From: Vulcanimicrobiales bacterium
Lineage (GTDB): Bacteria; Vulcanimicrobiota; Vulcanimicrobiia; Vulcanimicrobiales; Vulcanimicrobiaceae
DNA length: 64,000 bases
Direction: 5' to 3'
NCBI GenBank assembly: GCA_038231455.1
Contig: JBBRLI010000001.1
Location: forward strand, 320,001-384,000
Part shown: piece by piece, positions 29,342 to 40,000 of the stretch
How positions within the stretch are numbered: the stretch's first letter is position 1
How the letters are laid out: each line of letters starts with the position of its first letter
Program-made: the position numbers and the translations under genes
The notes under the pieces: model-generated
Database searches by the model: none
Seen by the model: only the letters and a program-made list of their open reading frames with translations
What the model was told of the DNA's origin: nothing

Positions 29342-30760
29342 ATGGCAACCACAATTACGATGCCGCAGCTCGGTGAGACCGTCACCGAGGGGACCGTCGC
29401 GCAGTGGCTCAAGAAAATCGGCGATAGCGTCGAGAAGTATGAACCTTTCGTCGAAGTCTCGACCGATAAAGTCAACGCCGAAGTCCCCTCGCCCGTGAGC
29501 GGGACGATTCGCGAATTCATCGTCAAAGAAGGCGAGACGGTTCCCACCGGCGCGCCGATCGCGATCATCGATGAAATCGGCGCGGCGTCCGTGACACCGC
29601 CCGCGCACACACCATCGCCGTCGGAACAAGTTGCCGATCACGCTCGAGCCGTGCCGTCGAGTTATGGCGCCGGCGGAACGATGGAAGCCGTGCGTCAGGG
29701 CGCAGCTGAGCCCGTCCCCGGCGCAAACATCGGTGCCCCCGCCTCAAGCAACGGTGCGGCAAGTAACGGTGCACACGCGAATGCAAACGGCGCCGCGGTC
29801 ACCATTCCGCGCGGCGTTTCACCCGCCGTGCGTCGACTCGCGCGCGAACACAACATCGATGTGACACGCGTGCACGGGACCGGCTCCAATGGCCGCGTGA
29901 CCGCAAACGACATCGTCACCGCCTCGACCGCAGGTCCAAGCGCCGCTGCTGCCGTTGCCATCTCAGCCGATAACGCAGAATACGTCGCGCGTGCGGCCGC
30001 ACCGCAAGCGCCAGCATCTCCGCGTCCCGCACCCAGCGGCAAAACCAGCTACGCAAATCCAATCCCGGGCGAAACGATCCCGCTCACCCAAGCGCGCAAG
30101 ATCATCGCTCAGCGTATGGTCGAATCGAAGCATACCGCTCCGCACGCCTGGACGATGATCGAATGCGACGTCACGAGTGTGTGGAAGTGGCGTGCGAAAG
30201 AAAAAGACGCATTCGAACGCGACTACGGCGTGAAGCTCACGCTCTTGCCATTCTTCATCCGCGCCGTCGTCGAGTCGCTCGGGAAGTTTCCACTCATGAA
30301 CGCGCGCTTCACGGACGAGGGTATTCTCGTCAACAAAGACGTGAACGTCGGCATCGCAATCGGTCTTGAGACGAACCTGATCGTGCCGGTCATTCGCCAC
30401 GCCGATTCGCTCTCGATCAAAGGCATTGCACTTGCCGCAGGCGCCTTGATCGACAAAGCGCGTCGCGGCAAGCTCGCCGCCGATGACTTGAGTGCCGGCA
30501 CGTTCACCGTGAACAACACCGGCGCCAACGGTTCGCTTATGTCGGCACCGATTATCAACGGCGGACAAGCGGGCATCATCACGATGGAGACGATCGTCAA
30601 GCGCCCGGTCGTTACGGCGGATGATTCGTTTGCGATTCGGTCGATGATGAATATCTGTCTTTCGCTCGACCACCGGGTGGTGGACGGTTTCGTCGCGAGC
30701 GGTTTCCTCAACGACATTCGTAAGCGGCTCGAATCGATGGGCCCGGGACAAGCCCTCTAG
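29342..30760 (+). CDS. bkdB: Dihydrolipoamide acyltransferase E2
   Basis: Lipoyl domain STDKVNAE, E3-binding SPAVRRLARE, catalytic DHRVVDG. Confidence 0.9.
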   Translation: MATTITMPQLGETVTEGTVAQWLKKIGDSVEKYEPFVEVSTDKVNAEVPSPVSGTIREFIVKEGETVPTGAPIAIIDEIGAASVTPPAHTPSPSEQVADHARAVPSSYGAGGTMEAVRQGAAEPVPGANIGAPASSNGAASNGAHANANGAAVTIPRGVSPAVRRLAREHNIDVTRVHGTGSNGRVTANDIVTASTAGPSAAAAVAISADNAEYVARAAAPQAPASPRPAPSGKTSYANPIPGETIPLTQARKIIAQRMVESKHTAPHAWTMIECDVTSVWKWRAKEKDAFERDYGVKLTLLPFFIRAVVESLGKFPLMNARFTDEGILVNKDVNVGIAIGLETNLIVPVIRHADSLSIKGIALAAGALIDKARRGKLAADDLSAGTFTVNNTGANGSLMSAPIINGGQAGIITMETIVKRPVVTADDSFAIRSMMNICLSLDHRVVDGFVASGFLNDIRKRLESMGPGQAL

Positions 30761-30793
30761 GCCTCACACGCGGGCGCAGCGAAGCGCCTTTGT

Positions 30794-32398
30794 GTGAACG
30801 TCCCTTTGCGCTCGCTCGGCTCGCGCGCGTCCGCCTGCGGAATCGCGCTCTGCGTGCTTGGTCTGGCGCTTGGCCGTTGGTCCTCGGCGGCAATTCCCGC
30901 GTCGAGCGCCGAGCCGCGCGACCTCATTCCAACGAGCTCGACGCTTGCGCGCGTTCACGCCCTCTACGCGCGCGCACACGCCCGCGAGCGCTCGGCCAAG
31001 CTCGAAGTCATTGAGGACTGGCGCCTCACGCAAGACGGCACGGCGGGCGTCTTTCGCGTGCACCGACTCGGCCACGACTACCGCGAAACAACGATCCTCG
31101 GACCGTTCTCCTACGAGAACGGCCTGCGTGGAACCGTGCGTTGGCAGACAAATCGCAACGGAATCACCTTTAACTACGCGGGTTTTCACGAACGCGACGC
31201 GATTAGCGAGCGTATATTCGAGGGCCCGCTGCGCAACGACCGCGATGAAAAACTCGTCGGCGAGTCGGTGCAAGAAAGCGCCTACGTTATCGAAGTCAAT
31301 CCGCCCGGTGGCCGCCACGAGTGGATGTACGTCGACAAAAAGACGGGGCTGCTCACGCGCCGCGACCGGCTCGAAAAACATCGTCGCTACGTTACCACAT
31401 TCGATGACTATAAATACTACGACGGCGTGGCGGAGCCATCGAAAGTCAAGACGGTCGATTCGTACGGCAACGAGCGCGAACAAGTCCTGACATCGCGTAC
31501 CTACGACTGGACGCCGGACGTGCGCGACGTTGAAATGCCGGCGAAGCGGAAAGACTTTGTAGAATTCCCCGCGGTGGCCGGCGCGATTCGCTTGCCCGCG
31601 CGTCTGGTCAACGGTCTCTTCGTCGTTCGGGTCGGCATCAATGGGCGACCGTACGACTTCCTGATCGACTCGGGCGCCGCCGGGATCGTCATCGATACAA
31701 GCCTCGCCGAACAGCTCAATCTCGAGCGCTACGGAAATCGAGTCGGCGCGACGATCGGAACGTATGCCGAGTCGACCACCATTCTGAACTCGCTCACCGT
31801 CGGCCAACTGAAAATGCAGCGCGTTGTCACGCGCGTTGTGCCCGTTCCTTTTCGCATCGACGATCGCACGAGGATCGCGGGTTTACTCGGTTTCGATTTT
31901 TTCGCTGATTGTGTGTTGCATCTGGACTACGATCGCGGAATCGCCGAAGCGATCGACATGCCGAATTTCAAGGCTCCTGACAATACGACGGCGATCCCCG
32001 TTGCGCTCGATGACAAAACGCCGACCGTCAAAGCACACGTGGGCAGCGCGCTCGCGCGTCTGATGGTCGATACCGGGTCGAATCGGACGCTCGTCTTCGC
32101 GAATTTCGCCGACCGCGCCGATCTTGCGAGCGAGCGAATCGCCGCAACGACGCGGTTTCGCGGGGTCGGGGGCACGGGCAACGGCGAGATGACGCGCCTG
32201 CATAACTTCGAATTTGCGAACGTCGCGTTCACCGATACGCCCGTCGAAATTTCGACCGACGACTTTGCAAGTGAAGACCTCGATGGCGTTTTCGGCGCCG
32301 ATCTGCTCAAAAATTACGACGTCTACTTCAACTACCCGGCATCGCTCGTGCACGTACGCCGCGCGCGACGCCTTCCAATCGTGGCGCTGATGAAATGA
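30794..32398 (+). CDS. Secreted aspartyl protease with two retropepsin-like domains
   Basis: FLIDSGA...GLLGFDF and LMVDTGS...GVFGADLL; N-terminal signal. Confidence 0.8.
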   Translation: MNVPLRSLGSRASACGIALCVLGLALGRWSSAAIPASSAEPRDLIPTSSTLARVHALYARAHARERSAKLEVIEDWRLTQDGTAGVFRVHRLGHDYRETTILGPFSYENGLRGTVRWQTNRNGITFNYAGFHERDAISERIFEGPLRNDRDEKLVGESVQESAYVIEVNPPGGRHEWMYVDKKTGLLTRRDRLEKHRRYVTTFDDYKYYDGVAEPSKVKTVDSYGNEREQVLTSRTYDWTPDVRDVEMPAKRKDFVEFPAVAGAIRLPARLVNGLFVVRVGINGRPYDFLIDSGAAGIVIDTSLAEQLNLERYGNRVGATIGTYAESTTILNSLTVGQLKMQRVVTRVVPVPFRIDDRTRIAGLLGFDFFADCVLHLDYDRGIAEAIDMPNFKAPDNTTAIPVALDDKTPTVKAHVGSALARLMVDTGSNRTLVFANFADRADLASERIAATTRFRGVGGTGNGEMTRLHNFEFANVAFTDTPVEISTDDFASEDLDGVFGADLLKNYDVYFNYPASLVHVRRARRLPIVALMK

Positions 32399-32411
32399 GC
32401 CTGCTTGCGCG

Positions 32412-33275
32412 TTAGCGCAAGTCTAAAATCGTTGCGATATTGGCTTTCTTGCTGACTTTCGGAACGATCTTTCCGGTGGCCGAGGTGGCAAGTGACGTCA
32501 GGCCCGGGCCGTGACCGGCGACGAGCGAATTGCCGTGCGCGACGATGCCGATGCTGATCGCGCCCGTCCGGTAGATCCGGCCGAAGCTATGGTCGGCATC
32601 TTCGATCGCGACGATGTCTCCGAAACGCAGGTCGTTTAAACCGTACTTCTCGACGGTCACCGGATCGAACGATTGGATGTCGTAGTCGCCGCGCATGACC
32701 GTATTGCGGCCCAGGCCCGAGCCCATGATCGAAGCCGGGACGATCTTTGCAACGTTGCAGTGGAGCGTGCCGTCCTCGAATGTCGCGTCCCACTTTTCCA
32801 GAAACTCGGGGTCGAGATTGAAGAGCTTGATGTCGCCTGCATCTTCGATCTCAAGTCCGATACCGAAGGCGCGAATCGAGAGCTTGTCGCCAAGTTGCAG
32901 TTTCTCGAGTACCTTGGATTTGAAATCGACCATCACGTGCTCGATGCCGCCGTGTTTGCCGGTGACCGTGCCGGTCTCGCCTTTGGCCTCGCCGCTCATG
33001 ACCGTCACGGGATTTCCGATGCATGCAAGGACGTTGTAGCCGACGTTGACCTTATCATCGGGGTGGCGTGAAGAGACCGCCGGTTCGATGTGATCGCCGA
33101 CCCAACCGAACGCGGAATCGCCCACCCGTACGTTGAGGCAAATGCCGCCCACGCTCGGGATCACGAGCGGTCGGCCGTCGTGGGTGATCTCGTAGATTCC
33201 CGAGGGGATCGAGGGTGGCGCGACCTCGCCCGAGAGGGTCATCGCAACGAGTTTGTCCCGGTTGGTGTTCATCAT
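32412..33275 (-). CDS. DUF4438 family protein
   Basis: MNTNRDKLV, PSVGGI, GDHIEPAVS, ACIGN, VTGKHGG, IMGSGLG, GDYDI, GHGPG; family recognised from memory. Confidence 0.75.
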   Translation of the reverse strand: MMNTNRDKLVAMTLSGEVAPPSIPSGIYEITHDGRPLVIPSVGGICLNVRVGDSAFGWVGDHIEPAVSSRHPDDKVNVGYNVLACIGNPVTVMSGEAKGETGTVTGKHGGIEHVMVDFKSKVLEKLQLGDKLSIRAFGIGLEIEDAGDIKLFNLDPEFLEKWDATFEDGTLHCNVAKIVPASIMGSGLGRNTVMRGDYDIQSFDPVTVEKYGLNDLRFGDIVAIEDADHSFGRIYRTGAISIGIVAHGNSLVAGHGPGLTSLATSATGKIVPKVSKKANIATILDLR

Positions 33276-33332
33276 CGAGGCCCGCCGTTCGCGTCGCGGG
33301 CCTCCAGTCCCCCGCGCGGGAAGAGGTAGTTC

Positions 33333-33734
33333 GTGCTCATTCGCAAGCAGTTCAAATTTGAAGCCGCACACGTGCTGCCGTACCATCCCGGCAAGTGCGC
33401 GCGGCTGCATGGGCATTCGTATCGCCTCGACGTCTCAGTCGACGGTCCGCTCCAAGATGTCGGTCCGGCCCGCGGCATGATCGAGGACTTCGATACGCTA
33501 AAAACCGTCGTGACGGAGACCGTGATCGAGCCGCTCGACCACCGCTCGCTCAATGAGATCATCGACAATCCGACGGCCGAGCGTATCGTACTGTGGATTT
33601 GGCAACGTCTTGCGCCCCGGCTTAGCGGCCTCGTCGAGCTGACGCTGTGGGAAACCCAGACGGCGTGCGCGGTCCTTAAGCGCGGCGATGCACTCACCAC
33701 CGCGCAAGTGAATCTCGATGCTGCAGCTCGCTGA
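33333..33734 (+). CDS. queD: 6-carboxy-5,6,7,8-tetrahydropterin synthase QueD
   Basis: FEAAH...CARLHGHSY, LDHRSLNE, NPTAE, LWET. Confidence 0.93.
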   Translation: MLIRKQFKFEAAHVLPYHPGKCARLHGHSYRLDVSVDGPLQDVGPARGMIEDFDTLKTVVTETVIEPLDHRSLNEIIDNPTAERIVLWIWQRLAPRLSGLVELTLWETQTACAVLKRGDALTTAQVNLDAAAR

Positions 33735-34293
33735 GATTTTCTACAGCGTGCAAGGTGAAGGCACGTTCGTCGGAACGCCGGCGGTTTTCGTGCGGCTCGC
33801 GGGCTGCAATCTTGCGTGTTCGTTTTGCGACACCGACTATGCGGTGAAGTTTTTCGACGATGTCGCGGGCGTGGTTGCACGCGTGCGCTCCCTCGGCGGC
33901 GACTGCCCGATGATCGTGATCACCGGCGGCGAACCGCTCGCACAGCGCGAGACGCTCGCACTGATCGATGCGCTGCGAGCCGATGGACGCCGCGTGCACA
34001 TCGAGTCCAACGGCACGATCCCCGTCGAGTTGCCGAGCGACGTGTGGCTCTGCGTGTCGCCCAAAGAGCGGCTTCATCCGCAGATGGCTGCGCGCGCCAA
34101 CGAAGCAAAGTTGATCGTCGATGGCCGCGTGCCGGAGGAATGGGCCGCGCAGTTCGGGCCCGGTACCGCACTCTTCTTACAACCCGAGGGCAATAAGCCG
34201 CCAAACGTCGCACTTGCGATGGCGAGTGCACAGGCGCAGCCGACGCGTTACCGCATCTCGCTGCAGACGCATAAGTTCATCGGGATTCGCTAA
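33718..34293 (+). CDS. queE: 7-carboxy-7-deazaguanine synthase QueE (radical SAM)
   Basis: EIFYSVQGEG, FVRLAGCNLACSFCDT, ITGGEP, CVSPK, SLQTHK. Confidence 0.95.
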   Translation: MLQLAEIFYSVQGEGTFVGTPAVFVRLAGCNLACSFCDTDYAVKFFDDVAGVVARVRSLGGDCPMIVITGGEPLAQRETLALIDALRADGRRVHIESNGTIPVELPSDVWLCVSPKERLHPQMAARANEAKLIVDGRVPEEWAAQFGPGTALFLQPEGNKPPNVALAMASAQAQPTRYRISLQTHKFIGIR

Positions 34294-34914
34294 ATGGTCT
34301 TGATCGTGTGCGCGCTGCGCGAAGAACTCACCTCATTCGAAGATCGGCCATACGTCACCGTGATGCAAAGCGGCATCGGTCCGGTCGAATCGGCGATTGC
34401 AACGGCACGCGCACTTGCCGCAACGCGGTTTACCCTCGTTATCAATGCCGGGATCGCGGGCGGATTCCGCGATCATGTGGCCGTTGGTGATTCCGTCGCT
34501 GTCGTCGAAGAATATTACGTTGAGATCGGACGTGAGGACGGGATTGCGCTCGATCTCCCCAATGGCGCGCTGCTCGATAACAAAGCGATCAGCGATCCGC
34601 GACTGCTCTCGCCCTTTAAAGAGGGCCTACTCGGCTCGCACCTCGGCAACGGCGTTACCTCGGCGACCGTTACCACAAGCGATGCGCGCGCAGCGTTGCT
34701 TACGAAAAAATTCGACCCGATGGTCGAATCGATGGAAGGCTTCGCCGTCTTACGAGCGGCTCGCCGAGCGGGCGTTCCTGCGATCGAGCTGCGCGGCATT
34801 TCGAACCTCGTCGGCGATCGAGCGTCAAATGGATGGGATTTCTACGCGGGAAGTACGGCTGCCGTGCGCGCGGTGGATGCCTTTCTCGATAATCTCGACT
34901 TAGGATTTGCATAA
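34294..34914 (+). CDS. mqnB: Futalosine hydrolase MqnB
   Basis: GIGPVESA, INAGIAGGF, ESMEGFAV, ELRGISNLVG; adjacent to mqnD. Confidence 0.9.
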   Translation: MVLIVCALREELTSFEDRPYVTVMQSGIGPVESAIATARALAATRFTLVINAGIAGGFRDHVAVGDSVAVVEEYYVEIGREDGIALDLPNGALLDNKAISDPRLLSPFKEGLLGSHLGNGVTSATVTTSDARAALLTKKFDPMVESMEGFAVLRAARRAGVPAIELRGISNLVGDRASNGWDFYAGSTAAVRAVDAFLDNLDLGFA

Positions 34915-35763
34915 GTGACCTACGATCTGGCGTACTCGCCGTGTCCGAACGACACGTATATTTTCGCCGCGCTTACCAACGGACTGTTGCCCGGTGCACC
35001 GCACGTTGAGGTGATACTCGATGATGTCGAAGCGCTGAACGTGGCCGCGAAAGAACGCCGCCACGCACTCACCAAAGTGAGTTACGGAGCGATTCCGTAT
35101 CTGCTGGGTGGCTATCGTATTTTGCGCGCAGGCGGGGCGCTGGGACGCGGTTGCGGGCCGCTGCTGATTGCGAAGCCCACGCAAAGCGGCGACGCGCCGG
35201 CGCTCGATTCGTTCTCAGCCGATGCGGTGTTCGCAATCCCAGGTCGCATGACGACGGCGTATCTCTTACTGCGCCTGGCGCTCGGGCGCGAACCGAAGAT
35301 CGTGGAGATGCGCTTCGACACGATTGTCGATGCCCTCAAAACGGGTGCGGTCGACGCCGGCTTGATCATCCACGAATCACGATTCACCTACCAGCGAACG
35401 GGCCTTGTCTCGGTGGTCGACCTCGGCGACTGGTGGGAGCAAACGACGGGTCACGCAATTCCGCTTGGAGCGATTCTGGCGCGCCGCGATCTCGACGATG
35501 CCGAGGCAAAGCACGTCAACGATGCCATCCGCGAGAGCCTGGCACTTGCTCGCCGCGATGAATCCAAGATCATCGACTACGTGCGCGAACATGCCTTCGA
35601 GATGGAAGACGATGTGATGCGCAAGCACATCGGCCTCTACGTTAACGAGTATAGCGACGATCTGGGCGACGTCGGCGTGGCAGCAATCGACGATCTCTTT
35701 GCACGCGCTCACGCCGCCGGGTATATCCCGGAAAACAAACCGGAGTTCGTCCCCGCAAGCTAA
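34915..35763 (+). CDS. mqnD: 1,4-dihydroxy-6-naphthoate synthase MqnD
   Basis: YSPCPNDT, GALGRGCGP, GLIIHESRFTY, DLGDWWE, HIGLYVN. Confidence 0.95.
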   Translation: MTYDLAYSPCPNDTYIFAALTNGLLPGAPHVEVILDDVEALNVAAKERRHALTKVSYGAIPYLLGGYRILRAGGALGRGCGPLLIAKPTQSGDAPALDSFSADAVFAIPGRMTTAYLLLRLALGREPKIVEMRFDTIVDALKTGAVDAGLIIHESRFTYQRTGLVSVVDLGDWWEQTTGHAIPLGAILARRDLDDAEAKHVNDAIRESLALARRDESKIIDYVREHAFEMEDDVMRKHIGLYVNEYSDDLGDVGVAAIDDLFARAHAAGYIPENKPEFVPAS

Positions 35764-35805
35764 ATACGGGAACCTTCGCGACTCTCGCGCGCTCTGGCTA
35801 CTGTC

Positions 35806-37029
35806 ATGATCGCCACTCGCGCCGAAGCCCTCGAACGACTTGCCGCTTTCGTCCCGCACGCGGGGCGGACGTACGCCGCCACCCGCAACGAAGATCGCGG
35901 TCCGGATGACCGCAGCAACGTGTCCGTCCTTTCACCGTACGTGCGCGCGCGCCTCATAACCGAAGACGAGATCCTGCGCGCCGTTCTCGCGCGACACTCG
36001 CTCTCGGGGGCGGAAAAATTCGTGCAAGAAGTGCTGTGGCGAACTTATTGGAAAGGCTGGCTCGAATCGCGGCCGCTGGTGTGGACGCACTACCGCCGCG
36101 ATCTCGACGCGCACTACGCGCGCCTGGAGCGCGAACCCGATCGCGCACGCATGCACGCCGAGGCGATCGAAGGCCGCACGGGGATCCCGGCGTTCGATAC
36201 CTGGACGCGCGAACTCATCGAACGCGGCTATTTGCATAACCACGCCCGCATGTGGTACGCAAGTATCTGGATGTTCACGCTGCAACTACCGTGGGAACTT
36301 GGTGCGGACTTTTTCATGCAGCATTTACTCGATGGCGACCCAGCCTCGAATACGCTCTCCTGGCGCTGGGTCGCAGGACTGCAAACGCGCGGAAAGACGT
36401 ATCTTGCAACTGCCGGGAACATCACTCGCTACACCAGCGGCCGCCTCACGGTCGGCACGCGCCTCGCAAAAGACGCACACGCAATCGACGGCCCCGCCTA
36501 TTCGCCCGGCAAGTTGCCGAATCTGATTGCCTCGCCCAGATCGAGCGAGCGCGCGCTGCTCGTCTTGCACGATGACGACGCGGGCGTCGATACGCTGGAT
36601 TTTGCGGGGGTCGACATCGTCGGATCGATCGGATTCTGCGCCGCCTCGGAGCGCTCGCCCAAATCGGTCTCGCATGACGTCGCAACGTTCGCTTCTGCGG
36701 CGGTTGTCGATGCGCTCGGGCGTGCGCCGCATGCGAACGCAGCATACGTCCTTGCATCCGCTGACCTCGATGCGGCCGCGAGTGCCATTCTTGCTGCAGC
36801 GAGCGAAAGCGGCGCTACGCAAATCGTGTTGCCGTACATGCCCATCGGTCCGGTACGTGACGCGTTTACCGCGATGAAGCCGAAATTCGATGCGGCAGCC
36901 CTTGGAGTAATCGAAATTGGTCGCAGGTTCGATGCGGCGGTCTGGCCGTACGCAACGCGCGGTTTCTTCAACCTCAAAGACAAGATTCCAAGCGTCCTTG
37001 AAACGCTTGGGATCCGGCAACAACGTTAA
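35806..37029 (+). CDS. DNA photolyase, inverted domain order (NewPHL-like)
   Basis: FAD domain at the N-terminus: SVLSPY, KFVQEVLWR, GYLHNHARMW, LLDGDPASNTLSWRWVAG; Rossmann-like C-terminus ending WPYATRGFF. Confidence 0.8.
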   Translation: MIATRAEALERLAAFVPHAGRTYAATRNEDRGPDDRSNVSVLSPYVRARLITEDEILRAVLARHSLSGAEKFVQEVLWRTYWKGWLESRPLVWTHYRRDLDAHYARLEREPDRARMHAEAIEGRTGIPAFDTWTRELIERGYLHNHARMWYASIWMFTLQLPWELGADFFMQHLLDGDPASNTLSWRWVAGLQTRGKTYLATAGNITRYTSGRLTVGTRLAKDAHAIDGPAYSPGKLPNLIASPRSSERALLVLHDDDAGVDTLDFAGVDIVGSIGFCAASERSPKSVSHDVATFASAAVVDALGRAPHANAAYVLASADLDAAASAILAAASESGATQIVLPYMPIGPVRDAFTAMKPKFDAAALGVIEIGRRFDAAVWPYATRGFFNLKDKIPSVLETLGIRQQR

Positions 37030-37038
37030 ACGGTTCCG

Positions 37039-40000
37039 CTACGATTTCGGTTTCGCGCGTTCGAACTCGATCGTCTTTTGATAGAACCCCACCGCGGGGG
37101 CAAAGTTGAAGCTCGGGATATCGGCACCCGAAAGGCCGCGCGAGCGAAGCTCCCCGCTCGAGACGAATGGCATATCGAGACAATCTTCAAGCTTCGAAGA
37201 AAAACCCCGATCGTCGGCACGCAATTCGAGCCACGTTTCGGATTTTGCTATGTGCGCGGAAATAGCAAAGCCATCGGGTGTCGATGGATGACGCCCTTCA
37301 TAAAACGCATCCACGTAGCGCCGAAGCGCAGTCGCCGCTTCCTGAACGACCTGGCGAGAACGTGGCGGACACGCCGTCTCTACAACCGTGAATCGGTCAT
37401 CGCCTTTGCGGCTTGAAAATCCGGGCTTCCAACTTCGCGTATACTTGGTATCGTCGTTGAGCGGCTCGGGTGCAAAATAAAGTCCCACTTGCTCCGCGTA
37501 GTAGAGTCGAAAGCCTGCGCTCCGATCCTCACGCTCGCGCCACCCCGGGGAGTAGATGCCAAGTTTCCGAGCCTTGTCGATCGTATCATCGTGAAGACGA
37601 CTGCAGTCTGAAGAACGGGCCGAACGAACGCGCTCGCCGGAACGGAAACGACAGTTCGAATGCCGGCGATGGTCCCGAGCTGACCGCTCGAATCGTAAGG
37701 GCTTCATACTGCAGTGGGGCGATTTCGCGCGGATCCTGCCCTTTCGTAACTGCGGAAAGCGCGGACTTAACATACGCGTCAACAGCCTCCTCATACGACT
37801 TTGCCACCGTGAGTTTTTCCGGGCTGCACTCCGGCGTGTCCGTCCGCGGAGCAAGCCACCCGTTTGCCGGACGCGATTCGAATTCGAGCGGTTGGTACGA
37901 AAAGCCGCCGCTAAAAAACCCGGCTGAGAGATTGTCCGCACGATCGATATTCTGCCGACCGAGAGCCAGACGCATCGTGACTCCATAGGTGCGCGGCAAG
38001 AAGGGTTGTGCCAGCGTCGGGAACGAGGCAAATCCGGTAAATGGATCGCCATGGACGTTTCCGATGTTTTGGACGGACGCAACGATATCTGCAGCATTTA
38101 CGCGTACGCGCACGCCCGCGTCCAGGTCGAGGATCGGCCGCGAGCCATACGGGTTATTGGCGCCAAGGCCGCGCGCGTTGACCAAGAGCGTCGTTGCGCG
38201 ACTCACGGCTGTCTTGGCTTGCAGGGAATACTGTACCATCGGTCTTCCCGGCAACTGATCGCCGGGTATAAGATTCGAACCGGGAGCGAATAGCACGCTC
38301 GAACCGAATGCACGCGCACGAGCGAGTGAATAAGAAACGCTGAGGTTGGCATGCGGCGTAAGGTCGAACCGGGCATTGACGTTCAGTCCGTCGCTTAACT
38401 GACTGCCGACGTTCGCACTCGTTGTAAAGTATGCGTTCTGCCCGCTCAACAGGAACGAGTTGCCGCATTCAAGCGAGGCAATTTGCCCCGCCCGCGCGTA
38501 AAAACCAGGCGATAGCGGGAGTGACGAGAGAGCGCTCCCGGGGAGCGCTGCCGAAACGTTGGCGTTTGTCGCGTTATTTCGAAAAGCGTCGACGCTGAGG
38601 GAATAGCCGTCTCCGACGTGATTGAAGCTCGTTCGAAGATTGGACGCCGACCCCGTCGCGCTAGCAAACGAGGGGCCACCGATGAGCGCACGGTCGCCAT
38701 TGCAGTCGGGCTGGACGGTCTCCGCCAGGGAGGTGCCGTTGAACGACACGGTTTTTGAGGGCAACGTCCCGTTAGCGTACATCGCGCGAATCGAATCGCG
38801 CTTGGTGAGCTGGTAGTTCGTCTCACCTCCGAGAATCGGCTGCGTCGATCCATAGCCGCTGTTAACGCCTCCCTGGAGAGAGATGTTGAAACGCCGACGA
38901 GAAAGTACCGGCACCGCAAGGTTCACCGATGACAGCGATGTTGCCGGTAGCGGAATCGGCCCTCGCTGTGCGGCTGCGCCGAGAATCGTGGTCGCATCAT
39001 GGGTGGACTGAATGGTAAGCGTCGCACTATGCTGCTGCGTAATCGGGAAGGCAAGCGAAGCGGTAAAACCGATGCGATCGGCGACCGTGCTACCGGCAGC
39101 CCCGCCAATCGATACGCCTTCGATGGTCTGAGCGCCGTTATCAAAGCCGTTTGTCGACCGCGACGCGAAAACGTGCACTTCGGCGTTCGCACGGTCGAGT
39201 GTAAGTTGATCGCGATACTGCGCGAATTCGACGATATTCGTCGAACCGCTCCCGGGACCATAGCCACAGGGAAGCGGACCGCTTCGAAACGTGCAGACGA
39301 GCGGATCACGTTTTTCGATGCGCCCGTAGTCGAGCAGCCCAACGTGATTTGCATCGAAGCCATAACGAATCGTTGCGAAGTCCGTTGTATTTTGACTCGT
39401 CGTTGCATGTGTATAAAAATCGCCGCTCGTATCGAGGAACGCACGCCCGTCGATTTGACTCGCGGCATCACTTACGGAATGCGTCACGGCAACTCCCAGG
39501 CGACCGGCTGTCCCGCGCAGTTGGACGCTCGACGCGACGCTGCCGAACGAGGCCCCCCGCTCTTTAGCAATGCCGCCCCAGTCGATTGTCGGGTCGTACG
39601 ACTGAAAATTGAGCGTGCCACCGGGCGCACCAACCGCTCCGGCATTGACGCCGGCTGACGAAAATGCGTCGCTATTGAAAAGTCCCAACTGGGTTGCCGT
39701 ACCGCTAGCGAAGATCGGCGAGCCGTTGATCGTCGCTGCCGTTTGTCCGGCGCCTTGATTGTTTATCGTCAAGGCGCCGAACCCGTCGTTTCCAATGCTC
39801 GGCACCGAGCTGAGTGCTGATCCCACATTGCTAGCAATCTGCGCAGCGCTGTCTTGATCGTTGACGGCGCGTGCGCCACTCGGGGGAGGCGAAGACTTGG
39901 CGCGTACGCTTCCGATACGACGCAGCCCCGTGCGCGTGCCGACGACGGTCACGGCCTGCGTTTCGCCGGCGCGCACGGTCAAAACGTACTCACGCGTGAA

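Noticed and set aside
27342-30760. bkd operon lacking E3 (lpdA) as a novelty
   Set aside because: E3 is commonly shared between complexes and encoded elsewhere.
33333-37029. queD/queE as a dpd DNA-modification island or as a source of photolyase antenna
   Set aside because: No dpdA/tgt-like or defence genes are present, and 7-deazaguanine synthesis is unrelated to the 5-deazaflavin antenna.
37039-38097. 352-aa ORF as an independent gene
   Set aside because: Its N-terminal half is an out-of-frame shadow of the receptor; only the part below about 37608 looks coding, and it continues the receptor.
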